Part shown: piece after piece, positions 1 to 9,340 of the stretch
How positions within the stretch are numbered: the stretch's first letter is position 1
How the letters are laid out: every line of letters begins with the position of its first letter
Source: an uncultured Gemmatimonadales bacterium
GTDB lineage: Bacteria > Gemmatimonadota > Gemmatimonadetes > Longimicrobiales > Gaopeijiaceae
NCBI GenBank assembly: GCA_963823035.1
Contig: CAWGKG010000020.1
Coordinates: 224,001-288,000 of the forward strand
Reading direction: 5' to 3'
Length of the DNA stretch: 64,000 nt
Notes under the pieces: generated by a model
Database searches by the model: none
What the model saw: the letters and a program-made list of their open reading frames with translations, nothing else
Told to the model about the DNA's origin: nothing
Program-made: the position numbers and the translations under genes

Positions 1-131
1 GAGACGTTGGTCCGTAGCCTCGCCGGCTGACGGGCTGCGTGCCCGAGGCTAACACAACGGCCTTGCGCGGGGTCTATTACGGACGCCGGTCCCGTGCGGC
101 CGGCGCACCTCACCTCTTTCGGAGTCCGGCC

Positions 132-513
132 ATGAGTCGTGCTTCCATCCTGGCGGCGTTCGCCGCCGTGGCACTGGTGATCCCCGCCGCCCCTGCATGC
201 CGCCCAGGACGTGGACGTGTCCGGGAGCTGGGAGTTGTCGTGGGCGACGCCCCGCGGCGACCAGACCGTCACCGTCGTCTTCGCCCAGGACGGGATGAAC
301 GTCACGGGAACCGCCCAGATGCGCATGGGCGAGGCGCCCGTGAAGAACGGCATGCTGCACGGTGACAAGCTCACCTTCGTGCTCGAGTTCGGCCGGGCCG
401 ACCGGACGTTCTCGCAGTCCTTCACCGCGACGGTGAAAGAAGGCACGATGGAGGGGACGATCACGACCCCGCGCGGCGAGAACCCCTTCACGGGCAAGCG
501 GAAGGAGGGCTGA
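132..513 (+). CDS. Exported hypothetical beta-rich protein (one frameshift near 195-205)
   Basis: Signal peptide MSRASILAAFAAVALVIP from ATG 132 joins frame 211..513 (DVSGSWELSWATPRGDQ...FTGKR). Confidence 0.6.
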
Positions 514-551
514 CCGGGCTCTCCTGCGCGCGGGCCGCTGTCTCTGCCCTT

Positions 552-2720
552 CTAGTCGATGGGGCGGAGGGCGTACTGCGAGATCGCGTCGATGAGGTCG
601 CCCTTGCGGATGGGCTTCGTGAGGTGGGCGTCGCAGCCCGCCTCCATGATCAGCATGGACTCCTTCTGCAGGGCGTGGGCCGTGAGCGCCAGGATCGGCA
701 CCGACGGCCTGCCGGACTGTGCCTCCATGCTCCGGATGATCCGTGTGGCCTCGTAGCCATCCATTTCCGGCATCTGGATGTCCATCAGGATGAGGTCGAA
801 CGCGGGGCCCTGCTCGAAGGCCCGGACGGCCTCCACACCGGTGGACGCGATGGTCAGGTCCACGCCGTGGTCCCTGAGGTAGAGGCTGACGAGAAGCTGG
901 TTCTCCTCGACGTCCTCGGCGAGCAGCACGCGGGTGCGCCGCTCGTCGCCGGCCGCTTTCTCGGGGAACGATGCGGCCACGGCATCGCCGTGCCCGGGGA
1001 GGGGCTCCGCGAGCGCCTCCGCGTCCCTGGGGGTCGGAGCGGTGGCGCGGTCGGCGGGCCACACGCCTCCGATCGCGCGGGCGAGCCCGTCCCGCTGGAT
1101 GGGCTTCACCATGTACGCCTGGATGTTCATCTCGCGGGACAGCGCGATGTGCCCGGGGCGGTCGAGCGACGTCAGCATGAGGACGGGCGTGGCGAGGAGC
1201 CGCGTGTCCCCCATCATCTTCTCGGCGACCTCGAAGCCGTCCATCCCCGGCATATGGCCGTCGAGGAAGACGAGCTCCACGGGCCGACCCTCGAGGACGG
1301 CCGATTCGAGATAGGCGAGCGCCGCTCCGCCGTCGGCGGCCTCGGCGACTTCAGCGCCCCAGCTGGCGAGAATCTCGCGCAGGATGAGTCGGTTGGCCGC
1401 ATGGTCGTCGACCACGAGCGAGCGGACGCCCCGTAGGTCGGGCCGCTCGACGACCTCGCTGGTGGCCGGTACGGTCCCGGTCTGGAGACGGACGGTGAAG
1501 GTGAAGCGACTGCCCTCGTCCGGGGTGCTTTCGACGGCGAGCTGGCCGCCCATCACCTCGACGAGCCGCTTGGAGATCGTCAGCCCCAGCCCCGAGCCGC
1601 CGTGCTTGCGCGTGGTGGCCGCGTCCGCCTGGACGAAGCGCTCGAAGATCGAATCCAGCTTCTCGGCCGGGATGCCGCAGCCGGTGTCCCATACCTCGAC
1701 CTGGAGGACGAAACGCCTCCGCCCGCCCTCGGGGTCGGGCCGCACCCACACGTCCAGGCCTACCTCGCCCTCCGCGGTGAACTTCGTGGCGTTGCCGAGC
1801 AGGTTGTTCAGCACCTGCCGGAGGCGGGTCTGATCCCCGCACACGCCCGGCGGGACCTTCTCATCGATGCGCGCCACCAGCTCCAGTCCCTTGCGTTGCG
1901 CCGCGACGCCGAAGACCTGGACCACGTCGCGCAGCAGCTCATCGAGTCGGAAGGGGGCTTCCTCGATCTCGATCTCACCTGATTCGATCTTCGAGAGGTC
2001 GAGAACGTCGTTGATGAGCGTGAGAAGCGCCTGGCCCGCGGACCGGAACATGGCCACGTAGCGTTGCTGCTCCTGGCTCAGCTCGGTCTCCGCCAAGAGG
2101 TCCGCCATGCCGATGATCGCGTTCATCGGCGTCCGGATCTCGTGGCTCATGTTCGCGAGGAACTGGGACTTGGCCGTGTTCGCGGCTTCCGCCACCCGCT
2201 TCGCCTTGCGCAGCTCCTCCTCCGCGCGCTTCCGCTCCGTGATCTCGCGATAGATCACGTAGGTGCCCACCTGGACGCCTTCGACGCGCACGGGCTGAGC
2301 GAGGATGGACACGTCGATGGCGGTGCCGTCGTGCGTGAGGCGAACCGCCTCGGTCGTGACGAGGCCGCCCCGCTCCACGGTCTTCGTGAGGACGCGACCC
2401 TCCTCGGCGTCGCCCGGGGAGAGGATCAGCTCATCGATGTCGGCGCCATGGCAGGCGGCGTTCGTGAAGCCGAAGAGCCGCTCGAACGCCCGGTTCACGC
2501 GCAGGATGCGGCCGTCGCGGGCCAAGAGGCACAGCGCCTCGAGGGAACTCTCGAAGAGCTCCTCGAAGAACGCGGTCTCCAGGGCCTGCACCGCGGGGGG
2601 ACCGCCGCGCCCCGCTTCGAGCCGGAGGACGTCCCGCAGTGAGCGCACCTCCCCCGGGCGGAGGGGGGCGGTCACCGGCGGCTCGTCGAACCGAGCGGCG
2701 GTGCGTGCGATTGCGTCCAT
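552..2720 (-). CDS. Cytoplasmic hybrid sensor histidine kinase (PAS-HisKA-HATPase-REC-REC)
   Basis: FLANMSHEIRTPMN H-box, NLLGNATKFT N-box, DTGCGI and GSGLGL G-boxes, PAS (RVNRAFERLFG...REITERKRAE), two receiver domains; likely start MDAIART at 2720. Confidence 0.92.
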   Translation of the reverse strand: MDAIARTAARFDEPPVTAPLRPGEVRSLRDVLRLEAGRGGPPAVQALETAFFEELFESSLEALCLLARDGRILRVNRAFERLFGFTNAACHGADIDELILSPGDAEEGRVLTKTVERGGLVTTEAVRLTHDGTAIDVSILAQPVRVEGVQVGTYVIYREITERKRAEEELRKAKRVAEAANTAKSQFLANMSHEIRTPMNAIIGMADLLAETELSQEQQRYVAMFRSAGQALLTLINDVLDLSKIESGEIEIEEAPFRLDELLRDVVQVFGVAAQRKGLELVARIDEKVPPGVCGDQTRLRQVLNNLLGNATKFTAEGEVGLDVWVRPDPEGGRRRFVLQVEVWDTGCGIPAEKLDSIFERFVQADAATTRKHGGSGLGLTISKRLVEVMGGQLAVESTPDEGSRFTFTVRLQTGTVPATSEVVERPDLRGVRSLVVDDHAANRLILREILASWGAEVAEAADGGAALAYLESAVLEGRPVELVFLDGHMPGMDGFEVAEKMMGDTRLLATPVLMLTSLDRPGHIALSREMNIQAYMVKPIQRDGLARAIGGVWPADRATAPTPRDAEALAEPLPGHGDAVAASFPEKAAGDERRTRVLLAEDVEENQLLVSLYLRDHGVDLTIASTGVEAVRAFEQGPAFDLILMDIQMPEMDGYEATRIIRSMEAQSGRPSVPILALTAHALQKESMLIMEAGCDAHLTKPIRKGDLIDAISQYALRPID

Positions 2721-2787
2721 GTCCTTGCCCTCGAACTTGCGTCGTCCGGAACGGAACGACGCTGGCTGATCGGAGCCGGTACTGCCC

Positions 2788-5377
2788 ATGGAACAACATC
2801 GAGCGCGTCCCCGGCTCCTCGTCGTCGACGACGACAAGGTGGTCCGTCGTTCCCTGAAGGGTATTGTCGGCGGCATGTACGAAATGCTTGAGGCCGAGGG
2901 TGGGGAGGAGGCGCTCCGCCTCCTGGAGGACGACCGGACGCGGCCGGATCTCATCCTCCTGGACGTGCGCATGCCCGGGATGGACGGCTACGAGGTCTGC
3001 GCCAAGATCCAGGAACGGGACGATCTGGCGTACATCCCCGTGATCTTCGTCACTTCCCTGGGCTCGGAGGAGGACCGGAAGAAGGCGTTCGCCTTGGGAG
3101 GCGCGGCCTACGTCCACAAGCCGTTCGAGGGCGACGCGATCCTCGAGGAGGTGGCGCGGCAACTCGAGACGCAGGGCACCTGGCGCTCGCTGCGCGCCTC
3201 GGGGCGCCGCAGCAGGCCCTGGCTCCTCCCCTCCACCTTCGTGGCGTTCAAACAGTACCTCGAGGCCCAGAGGAACGCCTCGCGGACGCAGGCCGCCGCG
3301 TGCGACGCGGTCCGGCCCCTCGACGTGTACGAACTGGGAGGGATCCTCCGCTTGCCGAACGACCAGCTCGCGCGCTATATGAGCCACTTCCTCGGCCTGC
3401 CGTACGCGAACCGATTCTACGCGGAGGACGTTGGGCTGGGCGTGCTGCCGAAGGCGTTCTGCGAGTCGAACCTCGTGCTCCCGCTACGGGACCGGACGAT
3501 CGTGCTGTCGAATCCCTTCGACGGGGAGCTCATGCACACGCTGGACCAGACGCTCTGGCACGCGGCGGAGACGAAGATCGCGCTGGCCGAGCCGGAACGG
3601 ATCCGCCTGCTCCTGGAGGAGCCGTCCGAGGGGATCCTGGGTCCGATAGGGGTGGGCTTCAGGACCATCTCCCTCGAAGCGGAGCGGCAGGAGGACGTCG
3701 GGGAGACCGACGCCCTCACGCTGGTCGGCGACGTCTTGCGGGAGGCCGTGCAGGAGCGCGCGAGCGACGTGCACATCGAGCCCAAGGAGCACGGCGCCCT
3801 CATCCGCTTCCGCATCGACGGTGACATGCAGGACATCCGCACCATCGGATCCTCGCATGTCGCCAAGATGCTGTCACGGCTCAAGGCGTTGGCCGGGATG
3901 GACATCGCGGAGCGGCGCAAGCCGCAGGACGGCGCGCTCATGGCCTCGCTGAAGGACCGGCGCTACAAGCTGAGGTTGGCCACGAGCTCGACCACGGGCG
4001 GCGAGACGATCGTCATCCGCATCCTCGATCCCGACGCGGAGGCGCGCCCCCTGGAGGAGCTGGGCATGACGGACGCGCAGTCGTCCCTCGTGCGCGAACT
4101 GGCGTCGCGGTCGCAGGGCACCATCCTGGTGGTTGGCCCCACCGGTTCGGGGAAGTCCACCACGATCTTCACGCTCCTCACCACGGTCGACGGGCAGACG
4201 CGGAGCATCATGTCCGTGGAGGACCCGGTCGAGTACCGGATCCCCTACGCCAACCAGCAGCAGGTGAACCAGCGCGCCGGGGTGACGTTCGAGGCCCTGC
4301 TGAAGTCGGCGGTGCGGCAGGATCCCGACATCCTCTTCCTCGGCGAGGTGAGGGACCCCTTCTCGGCCCGCGCGGTGCTCGAGTTCGCCAGCTCCGGGCA
4401 CCTGACGATCTCCTCGCTGCACTCCTCGAACGCGACGACGGCGATCTTCCGTCTCGAGCGGCTGGGGATCGAGCGGGGCGCGATGGCGGACTCGATCGCG
4501 GCCGTGGTCGCGCAGAAGCTCCTCAAGAAGCTCTGCACCGAGTGCAAGCGGGTCGAGGAGACCACCGCCAAGGAGGCGGAGCTGCTGCGCCGCTTCACGA
4601 CCGACGTGCCGGAGACGCTCGGCGTACCCCGTCGGCTGTCCGGTCTGCCGCGACACGGGCTTCCGCGGGCGTGAGGGCGTCTACGAGATCCTCGTCTTCG
4701 ACCGGGAGGTCCAGGACCTGGTGCGGGACGGTCGGGGCATCGCCGAGATCCGGGCCTACTGCGCGGAACGCGGGGACTACCTGGTGAGCGACCACGCGCT
4801 CGAGAAGCTGCGGGCGCACAAGTTCGCCCTGCGCGACGTGGTGGACGACGTCCTCCTGGAGGAATCGGTGCCGCCGCGGGGGACGACGCCGACCACCGAA
4901 GTCCGCGACCGACACGCGCACGCCGGAGCCGGCGAAGGAGCAGGGCGCTGCGCCGGCAGCGTCGCCTGAGCCCTGGAAGCGCCGAGGGTGGTCCTCGTCG
5001 TGGACGACGACGAGGACATGCGCGCCCTGGTCGAGCTGCACCTCGTCCGGTGCCGGGTACCGGGTGCTCGGCGCCGCCGACGGCGTGGACGCGCTCATGC
5101 TGCTCGCGCTCGGGGACAGTCGACCTCGTGCTCTCGGACGTGAACATGCCGAACCTCGACGGGCTCAAGCTCCTGGAGATCATGCGGCAGAAGGAGATCG
5201 ACGTGCCCACGCTCTTCCTGACCGCCACCGAGGACCCGGAGACCGAGGAGCACGTGCTCGCCCATGGGGCCTTCGACTACATGCGCAAGCCGGTGCGCAA
5301 GGAGGTGCTGCTCCTGCGCGTCGCGAACGCGCATGCGCGCGCGCGACCCGGCTGCCCTCGTTCCAGGGAACACGTGA
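2788..5377 (+). CDS. Receiver domain + GspE/PilB-family secretion ATPase, probably fused to a C-terminal receiver domain (several frameshifts after ~4630)
   Basis: N-terminal REC (VVDDD, LLDVRMPGMDG, HKPF); ASDVHIEP, RFRIDG, GPTGSGKST, VEDPVEY, RQDPD..GEVRD, CTEC...CPVC; second REC (VVDDDED, LSDVNMPNLDG, RKPV) at ~4988-5335; TGA 5375-5377 overlaps next ATG. Confidence 0.8.
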
Positions 5378-5697
5378 TGAGTGGATCCGATGCGGGTGGG
5401 GACCGGCTCGTGGTGGTCGTACCCGAGGAGCTCGAGCCGCTCATGCCGCGCTTCCTCGAGAAGCGGCACGCAGAGGTCGAGGTGCTGCGCGAGGCGGCCG
5501 AGCGCGGCGAACTCGAGACGCTTCGATCCCGCGGGCACGCGCTCAAGGGAACGGCCGGTGGCTACGGCTTCGAGGAGCTTACGGAACTGGGTGCCGCACT
5601 CGAGACACGCGCCAAGGAGGGTGACCTCTCCGGCGCGTCCGAGGTGGTCCGGCGGATCGCCGCCTACCTCGCCCGCGTCGACGTGCGTTACGAGTGA
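5377..5697 (+). CDS. Hpt (histidine phosphotransfer) domain protein
   Basis: GHALKGTAGGYGF Hpt motif; ATG at 5377 in a TGATG overlap. Confidence 0.85.
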   Translation: MSGSDAGGDRLVVVVPEELEPLMPRFLEKRHAEVEVLREAAERGELETLRSRGHALKGTAGGYGFEELTELGAALETRAKEGDLSGASEVVRRIAAYLARVDVRYE

Positions 5698-5709
5698 GGT
5701 GACCCCACC

Positions 5710-7305
5710 ATGCACGCGCACTCCCCCTACGGTCCCCTCGGGTCCGACCTCGAGCTGGCGCGCTTCGCCGAGCTGAAGGCACATCTCCCGGAGATCTACC
5801 GCGCCTATCGCCAGGGCGAGGCCGTACACACCTCCGTCGTGGTCCCGTCCATCTCCGTGAACCAGGAGGAGCTGGCCAAGATCGAAGGATCCGCGTTCTA
5901 CGAGGAGCGGCTGCTCTTCACCCTCATCCGGCTGGCGAATCCGATGTCACGCGTGATCTACGTGACGAGCCAGCCGGTGCACTCCGAGATCCTCGAGTAT
6001 TACCTGCAGCACCTTCCGGGCATTCCGCTGGGACGCGCGCGCGAGCGGCTCCTCGTGCTCTGCCTCTACGACGCCAGCCCGAAGGCGCTCACCCGGAAGA
6101 TCCTGGAGCGGCCCCGCTTCATCGAGCGCATGCGCTCGTGGATCGGGGATCCGCGCAGGGCCTACCTCACCTGCTACAACGCGACGGTCCTGGAGCGGAG
6201 GCTCGCGGTGGAGCTGGGCATCCCCCTGAACGCCACGGATCCCGAGCTCCTGTGGATGGGCACGAAGTCCGGCTCACGGAAGATCTTCGCCGAGGCCGGG
6301 GTGGAGCACCCGCTCGGCGTGAACGACCTGCGCACGCGCGAGGGGGTCGTGGACGCGCTCGATGGCCTTACGCGCGAGCGCCCCGGGATCCGGCGCGCCG
6401 TCGTCAAGCTCAACGAGAGCTTCGCCGGGGAGGGCAACGGCGTGTACCACTTCCCGAAGGACCTGCCGGAGGAGCCCGCCGAGCGGCGGGCCGCCGTCGA
6501 GCGTGGGCTTCAAGACATGCAATGGCCCGGCAACCGCGAGACGGTCGATGCCTTCTTCCGCAAGTTCGGGGAGATGGGCGGGATCGTGGAGGAGTGGGTG
6601 GAGGGCGACGAGGTGGAGTCGCCGAGCGTTCAGCTCCGCGTCCATCCCAATCGGGACATCGAGGTGATCTCGACGCACGACCAGGTGCTGGGGGGCACCA
6701 CCGGACAGGCGTACGTCGGGTGCCGCTTCCCGGCGGACGACCGCTACCGCGACTCGATCCTCGTGGCGGGTCGTCGCATCGGTCGGGTGCTGGCGCAGAG
6801 GGGTGCGGTCGGTCGGTTCGGCATCGACTTCGTGACCACCCGCACGAGCGGAGGGGCGTGGGAGGCCCGCGCCGTCGAGATCAACCTCCGCATGGGCGGC
6901 ACCACGCCCCCGTTCATGGCGCTCGAGTTCCTGGGTGGTGGGGGGCTCGATCCGGAGACGGGCCTGTACCTCGCCGCGGACGGGAGGCACAAGTTCTACT
7001 ACGCCTCCGACAACCTGAAGTCGCCGGACTACCGCGGGCTCATCCCGGAGGACCTCCTCGACCTCATGATCGAGTTCGGCCTCCAGTTCAAGCACCAGAG
7101 CCTCACCGGTGTGCTCTTCTTCATGATCGGCGCGCTCTCCCAGTACGGGAAGCTCGGCATCACGGCCATCGGCAACAGCCACGACGAGGCCGAGCGCCTC
7201 TACCGCTCGACGGCAGCCATCCTCGACAGGGTCACGGGCGCGTCCGCGGAGACGCAGGGACGTCCGCGGTCCCTCTTCGAGCCCGACGTGCCGGTGCTCG
7301 TCTAG
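5710..7305 (+). CDS. ATP-grasp protein, peptide ligase PGM1-related family
   Basis: YEERLLF N-terminus, GTKSGSRKIF, VVKLNESFAGEGN, SPSVQ, STHDQVLGG, EINLRMGGTT, GKLGITAIG. Confidence 0.82.
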   Translation: MHAHSPYGPLGSDLELARFAELKAHLPEIYRAYRQGEAVHTSVVVPSISVNQEELAKIEGSAFYEERLLFTLIRLANPMSRVIYVTSQPVHSEILEYYLQHLPGIPLGRARERLLVLCLYDASPKALTRKILERPRFIERMRSWIGDPRRAYLTCYNATVLERRLAVELGIPLNATDPELLWMGTKSGSRKIFAEAGVEHPLGVNDLRTREGVVDALDGLTRERPGIRRAVVKLNESFAGEGNGVYHFPKDLPEEPAERRAAVERGLQDMQWPGNRETVDAFFRKFGEMGGIVEEWVEGDEVESPSVQLRVHPNRDIEVISTHDQVLGGTTGQAYVGCRFPADDRYRDSILVAGRRIGRVLAQRGAVGRFGIDFVTTRTSGGAWEARAVEINLRMGGTTPPFMALEFLGGGGLDPETGLYLAADGRHKFYYASDNLKSPDYRGLIPEDLLDLMIEFGLQFKHQSLTGVLFFMIGALSQYGKLGITAIGNSHDEAERLYRSTAAILDRVTGASAETQGRPRSLFEPDVPVLV

Positions 7306-7335
7306 CGGGCAGGCCCCGATCGAGGCGCCCGAACG

Positions 7336-7375
7336 CGCGAAGGGGGTGGCGACCCGTGTCGCCACCCCCTTCGCG
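7336..7375. terminator. Perfect 18-bp inverted repeat between convergent genes; probable bidirectional terminator
   Basis: cgcgaagggggtggcgac-ccgt-gtcgccacccccttcgcg. Confidence 0.7.
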
Positions 7376-7393
7376 TGCCCACCCACGCTCGGC

Positions 7394-7796
7394 TCAGGCG
7401 GGCTGCAACTCCCCCTCTTACCACTTCGATGGGGCCGGCCATGGCCTCGCTCTCGGTGAGCTCCTCGCCCGTGGTGGTCACGACCGTGGGCTCCGGTCGG
7501 TTGTGGGCGGTGTTTCCGCTCCCATGGGGAATGGCGGGCTGTACGAACTGGCGGCCGATCATCCCCAGCTTGGCGAGCTCCATCTCATTCAGCGACGGGT
7601 AGCGCTCACCCATGTAGGCCAGGGTGTCCTCCAGCCACTCCATGCGGTCTTCCATGCGCGCCTGCAAGACACTGCAGCGCATGACATGGCTCATGAGCTC
7701 GTCGCGTGCCTGATCCAACGTCGTTTTGCCATACTTGTTGCCCAAAGACTGTCTCCGTTCGTGTTCCGTAGGATCGACCGGGTCCCGGTACGACAC
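7394..7796 (-). CDS. Hypothetical small helical protein (true stop probably 7394 after a frameshift; ORF track runs to 7302)
   Basis: TLDQARDELMSHVMRCSVL...MEWLEDTLAYMGERYPSL; AT-rich upstream region; the track ORF would run through the terminator hairpin. Confidence 0.65.
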
Positions 7797-7892
7797 GCCG
7801 CGGGATCCCGGCCCAAAGAACGGCGCTTTGTAACCTTTTACACTACAATGAGTTGAAATGTTCCATCGCGGCTCGCGCGGCTCGCGCGGTCC

Positions 7893-9116
7893 TCAGCGGG
7901 CGCGCGTCTGGAAGATCTCGCCCACCGTGTCGAACATCGACTTCAACTCGTCGTAGTCGGGGTGCTTCATCCGGATCCACGCGTTGGCCATGTAGCTCGA
8001 TTCGACCGGCCGGGTCGGCGTGCCCACGGGTGGGATGTGCGCGTCGATGATCCACTGTCCGAAGCGCCGCCAGACCTCGTCCGCCCCCTCGTAGCCGGCG
8101 ATCACGCCGTCCCGATCGGGTCGCAGCGCGATGATCCCGGCGGAGTAGCGCCGCGAGGACTTCCGCACCGTGCGTCCCCAGCCCACGGCGGTCGCCCACT
8201 CCAGGTGGATGTCGATGTCGTTGGCGATCGAGTAGAGATCCCAGGCCCGCAGGCGCGGGGGGCGGCACGCGATCTCCGAGAAGCGATGTCCCTCCGGGCC
8301 GAAGAACCACTCCAGGTGCGTGGCCGAGGTGTCCACGCCCACCAGGCGGTTCACCTTCCTGCCCATCTCCAGCACGCCCTGGTACCCGGGCGCGGTCTCG
8401 ATGCGGTTGGTGGTGATCAGCTGCGGGGAGATCCAGCGGGTGCGGCGCCCCTCCAGCACGGTCGGGTAGCAGTGGGTGATGAACTCGTGGGCCACGCTCG
8501 CGCCGATCGTGATCGTGTCGTAGAAGGCCTCGTGGCCCTCGTAGAAGGACTCCACCGCCACCTCGCCGCCGCGGCCCACGCCGAAGCGCTCGAAGGTGGC
8601 GAGCAGCTCCTTCACCCCGTCCACGCGGGTGGTGCCTTCCACACCGGCGGCGGCCCGCGGCTTCACCGCCAGCGGGAAGCCGCTCCGCTCGGCGAACGCG
8701 AGGATCTCCTCGGCCGAGTCGCTTCCCAGGGAATCGGCGCAGGGCACGCCGCCGGCGCGAAGGACCTCCTTCATGGCCGGTCGATCGTGGCACAGGCGTG
8801 CCGTCCGGGTGGACGTCCCCGGGATGCCCAGCTCCTCCCGCGCGTAGGCGGTGGCCAGCACGTGGGCCTGAAGGGTCGCCTCGATGCGGTCCACCTTCAG
8901 GTTGTCTCCGATGCGTCGGGTCGCGTCCGCGAGCATCTCGGGGTCGGAGAGCGCGGGAGCCTGTTCGTAGTGGAGGAGCCAGCGGCGCAGCTCGTCGTCG
9001 AGAGAGCTCTCCGGCCGCGAGCCGACTGCCGACACGCGGATACCCGCCTGGGTCAGGGCACGTACGTATTCCCTCTGGCTCGTGGGCACCGCGGGCTCCA
9101 CGAAGACCACGTGCAT
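7893..9116 (-). CDS. ATP-grasp domain protein (carboxylate-amine ligase-like)
   Basis: DRPAMKEVLRAGGVP, GFPLAVKPRAAAG, ESFYEGHE, HLEWF, FSEIACRPP. Confidence 0.85.
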   Translation of the reverse strand: MHVVFVEPAVPTSQREYVRALTQAGIRVSAVGSRPESSLDDELRRWLLHYEQAPALSDPEMLADATRRIGDNLKVDRIEATLQAHVLATAYAREELGIPGTSTRTARLCHDRPAMKEVLRAGGVPCADSLGSDSAEEILAFAERSGFPLAVKPRAAAGVEGTTRVDGVKELLATFERFGVGRGGEVAVESFYEGHEAFYDTITIGASVAHEFITHCYPTVLEGRRTRWISPQLITTNRIETAPGYQGVLEMGRKVNRLVGVDTSATHLEWFFGPEGHRFSEIACRPPRLRAWDLYSIANDIDIHLEWATAVGWGRTVRKSSRRYSAGIIALRPDRDGVIAGYEGADEVWRRFGQWIIDAHIPPVGTPTRPVESSYMANAWIRMKHPDYDELKSMFDTVGEIFQTRAR

Positions 9117-9340
9117 CGCGTGTCGGCTCCGGAAGTGCGAGGGGGTGGTTCAGGCTCACCCCAAAGGTAAGGCCCCGCGCTCGGCGCGCACGAAGCCGAG
9201 GTGGTAACGAAAACGCTGCTGGCGGCCGTGGGGTCGATTCTCCTGGCCTCCTCCTCCAGTCCGACCCCTCCGCGTCGGCGTGCGACGGTAGGTCGGTCGT
9301 CCCTTCTGGCGGCTGGCCCCGCGCCGTGGCAGGATAGGGC

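Noticed and set aside
5050..5697. REC-Hpt fusion ORF
   Set aside because: TGATG overlap at 5375-5379 and nearby indels favour a separate Hpt gene; not certain without reads.
7867..7890. Short tandem repeat cgcggctcg, and ggtcgccg repeats near 53040-53070
   Set aside because: Only 2-3 GC-rich copies with no spacers; not CRISPR-like and expected by chance.
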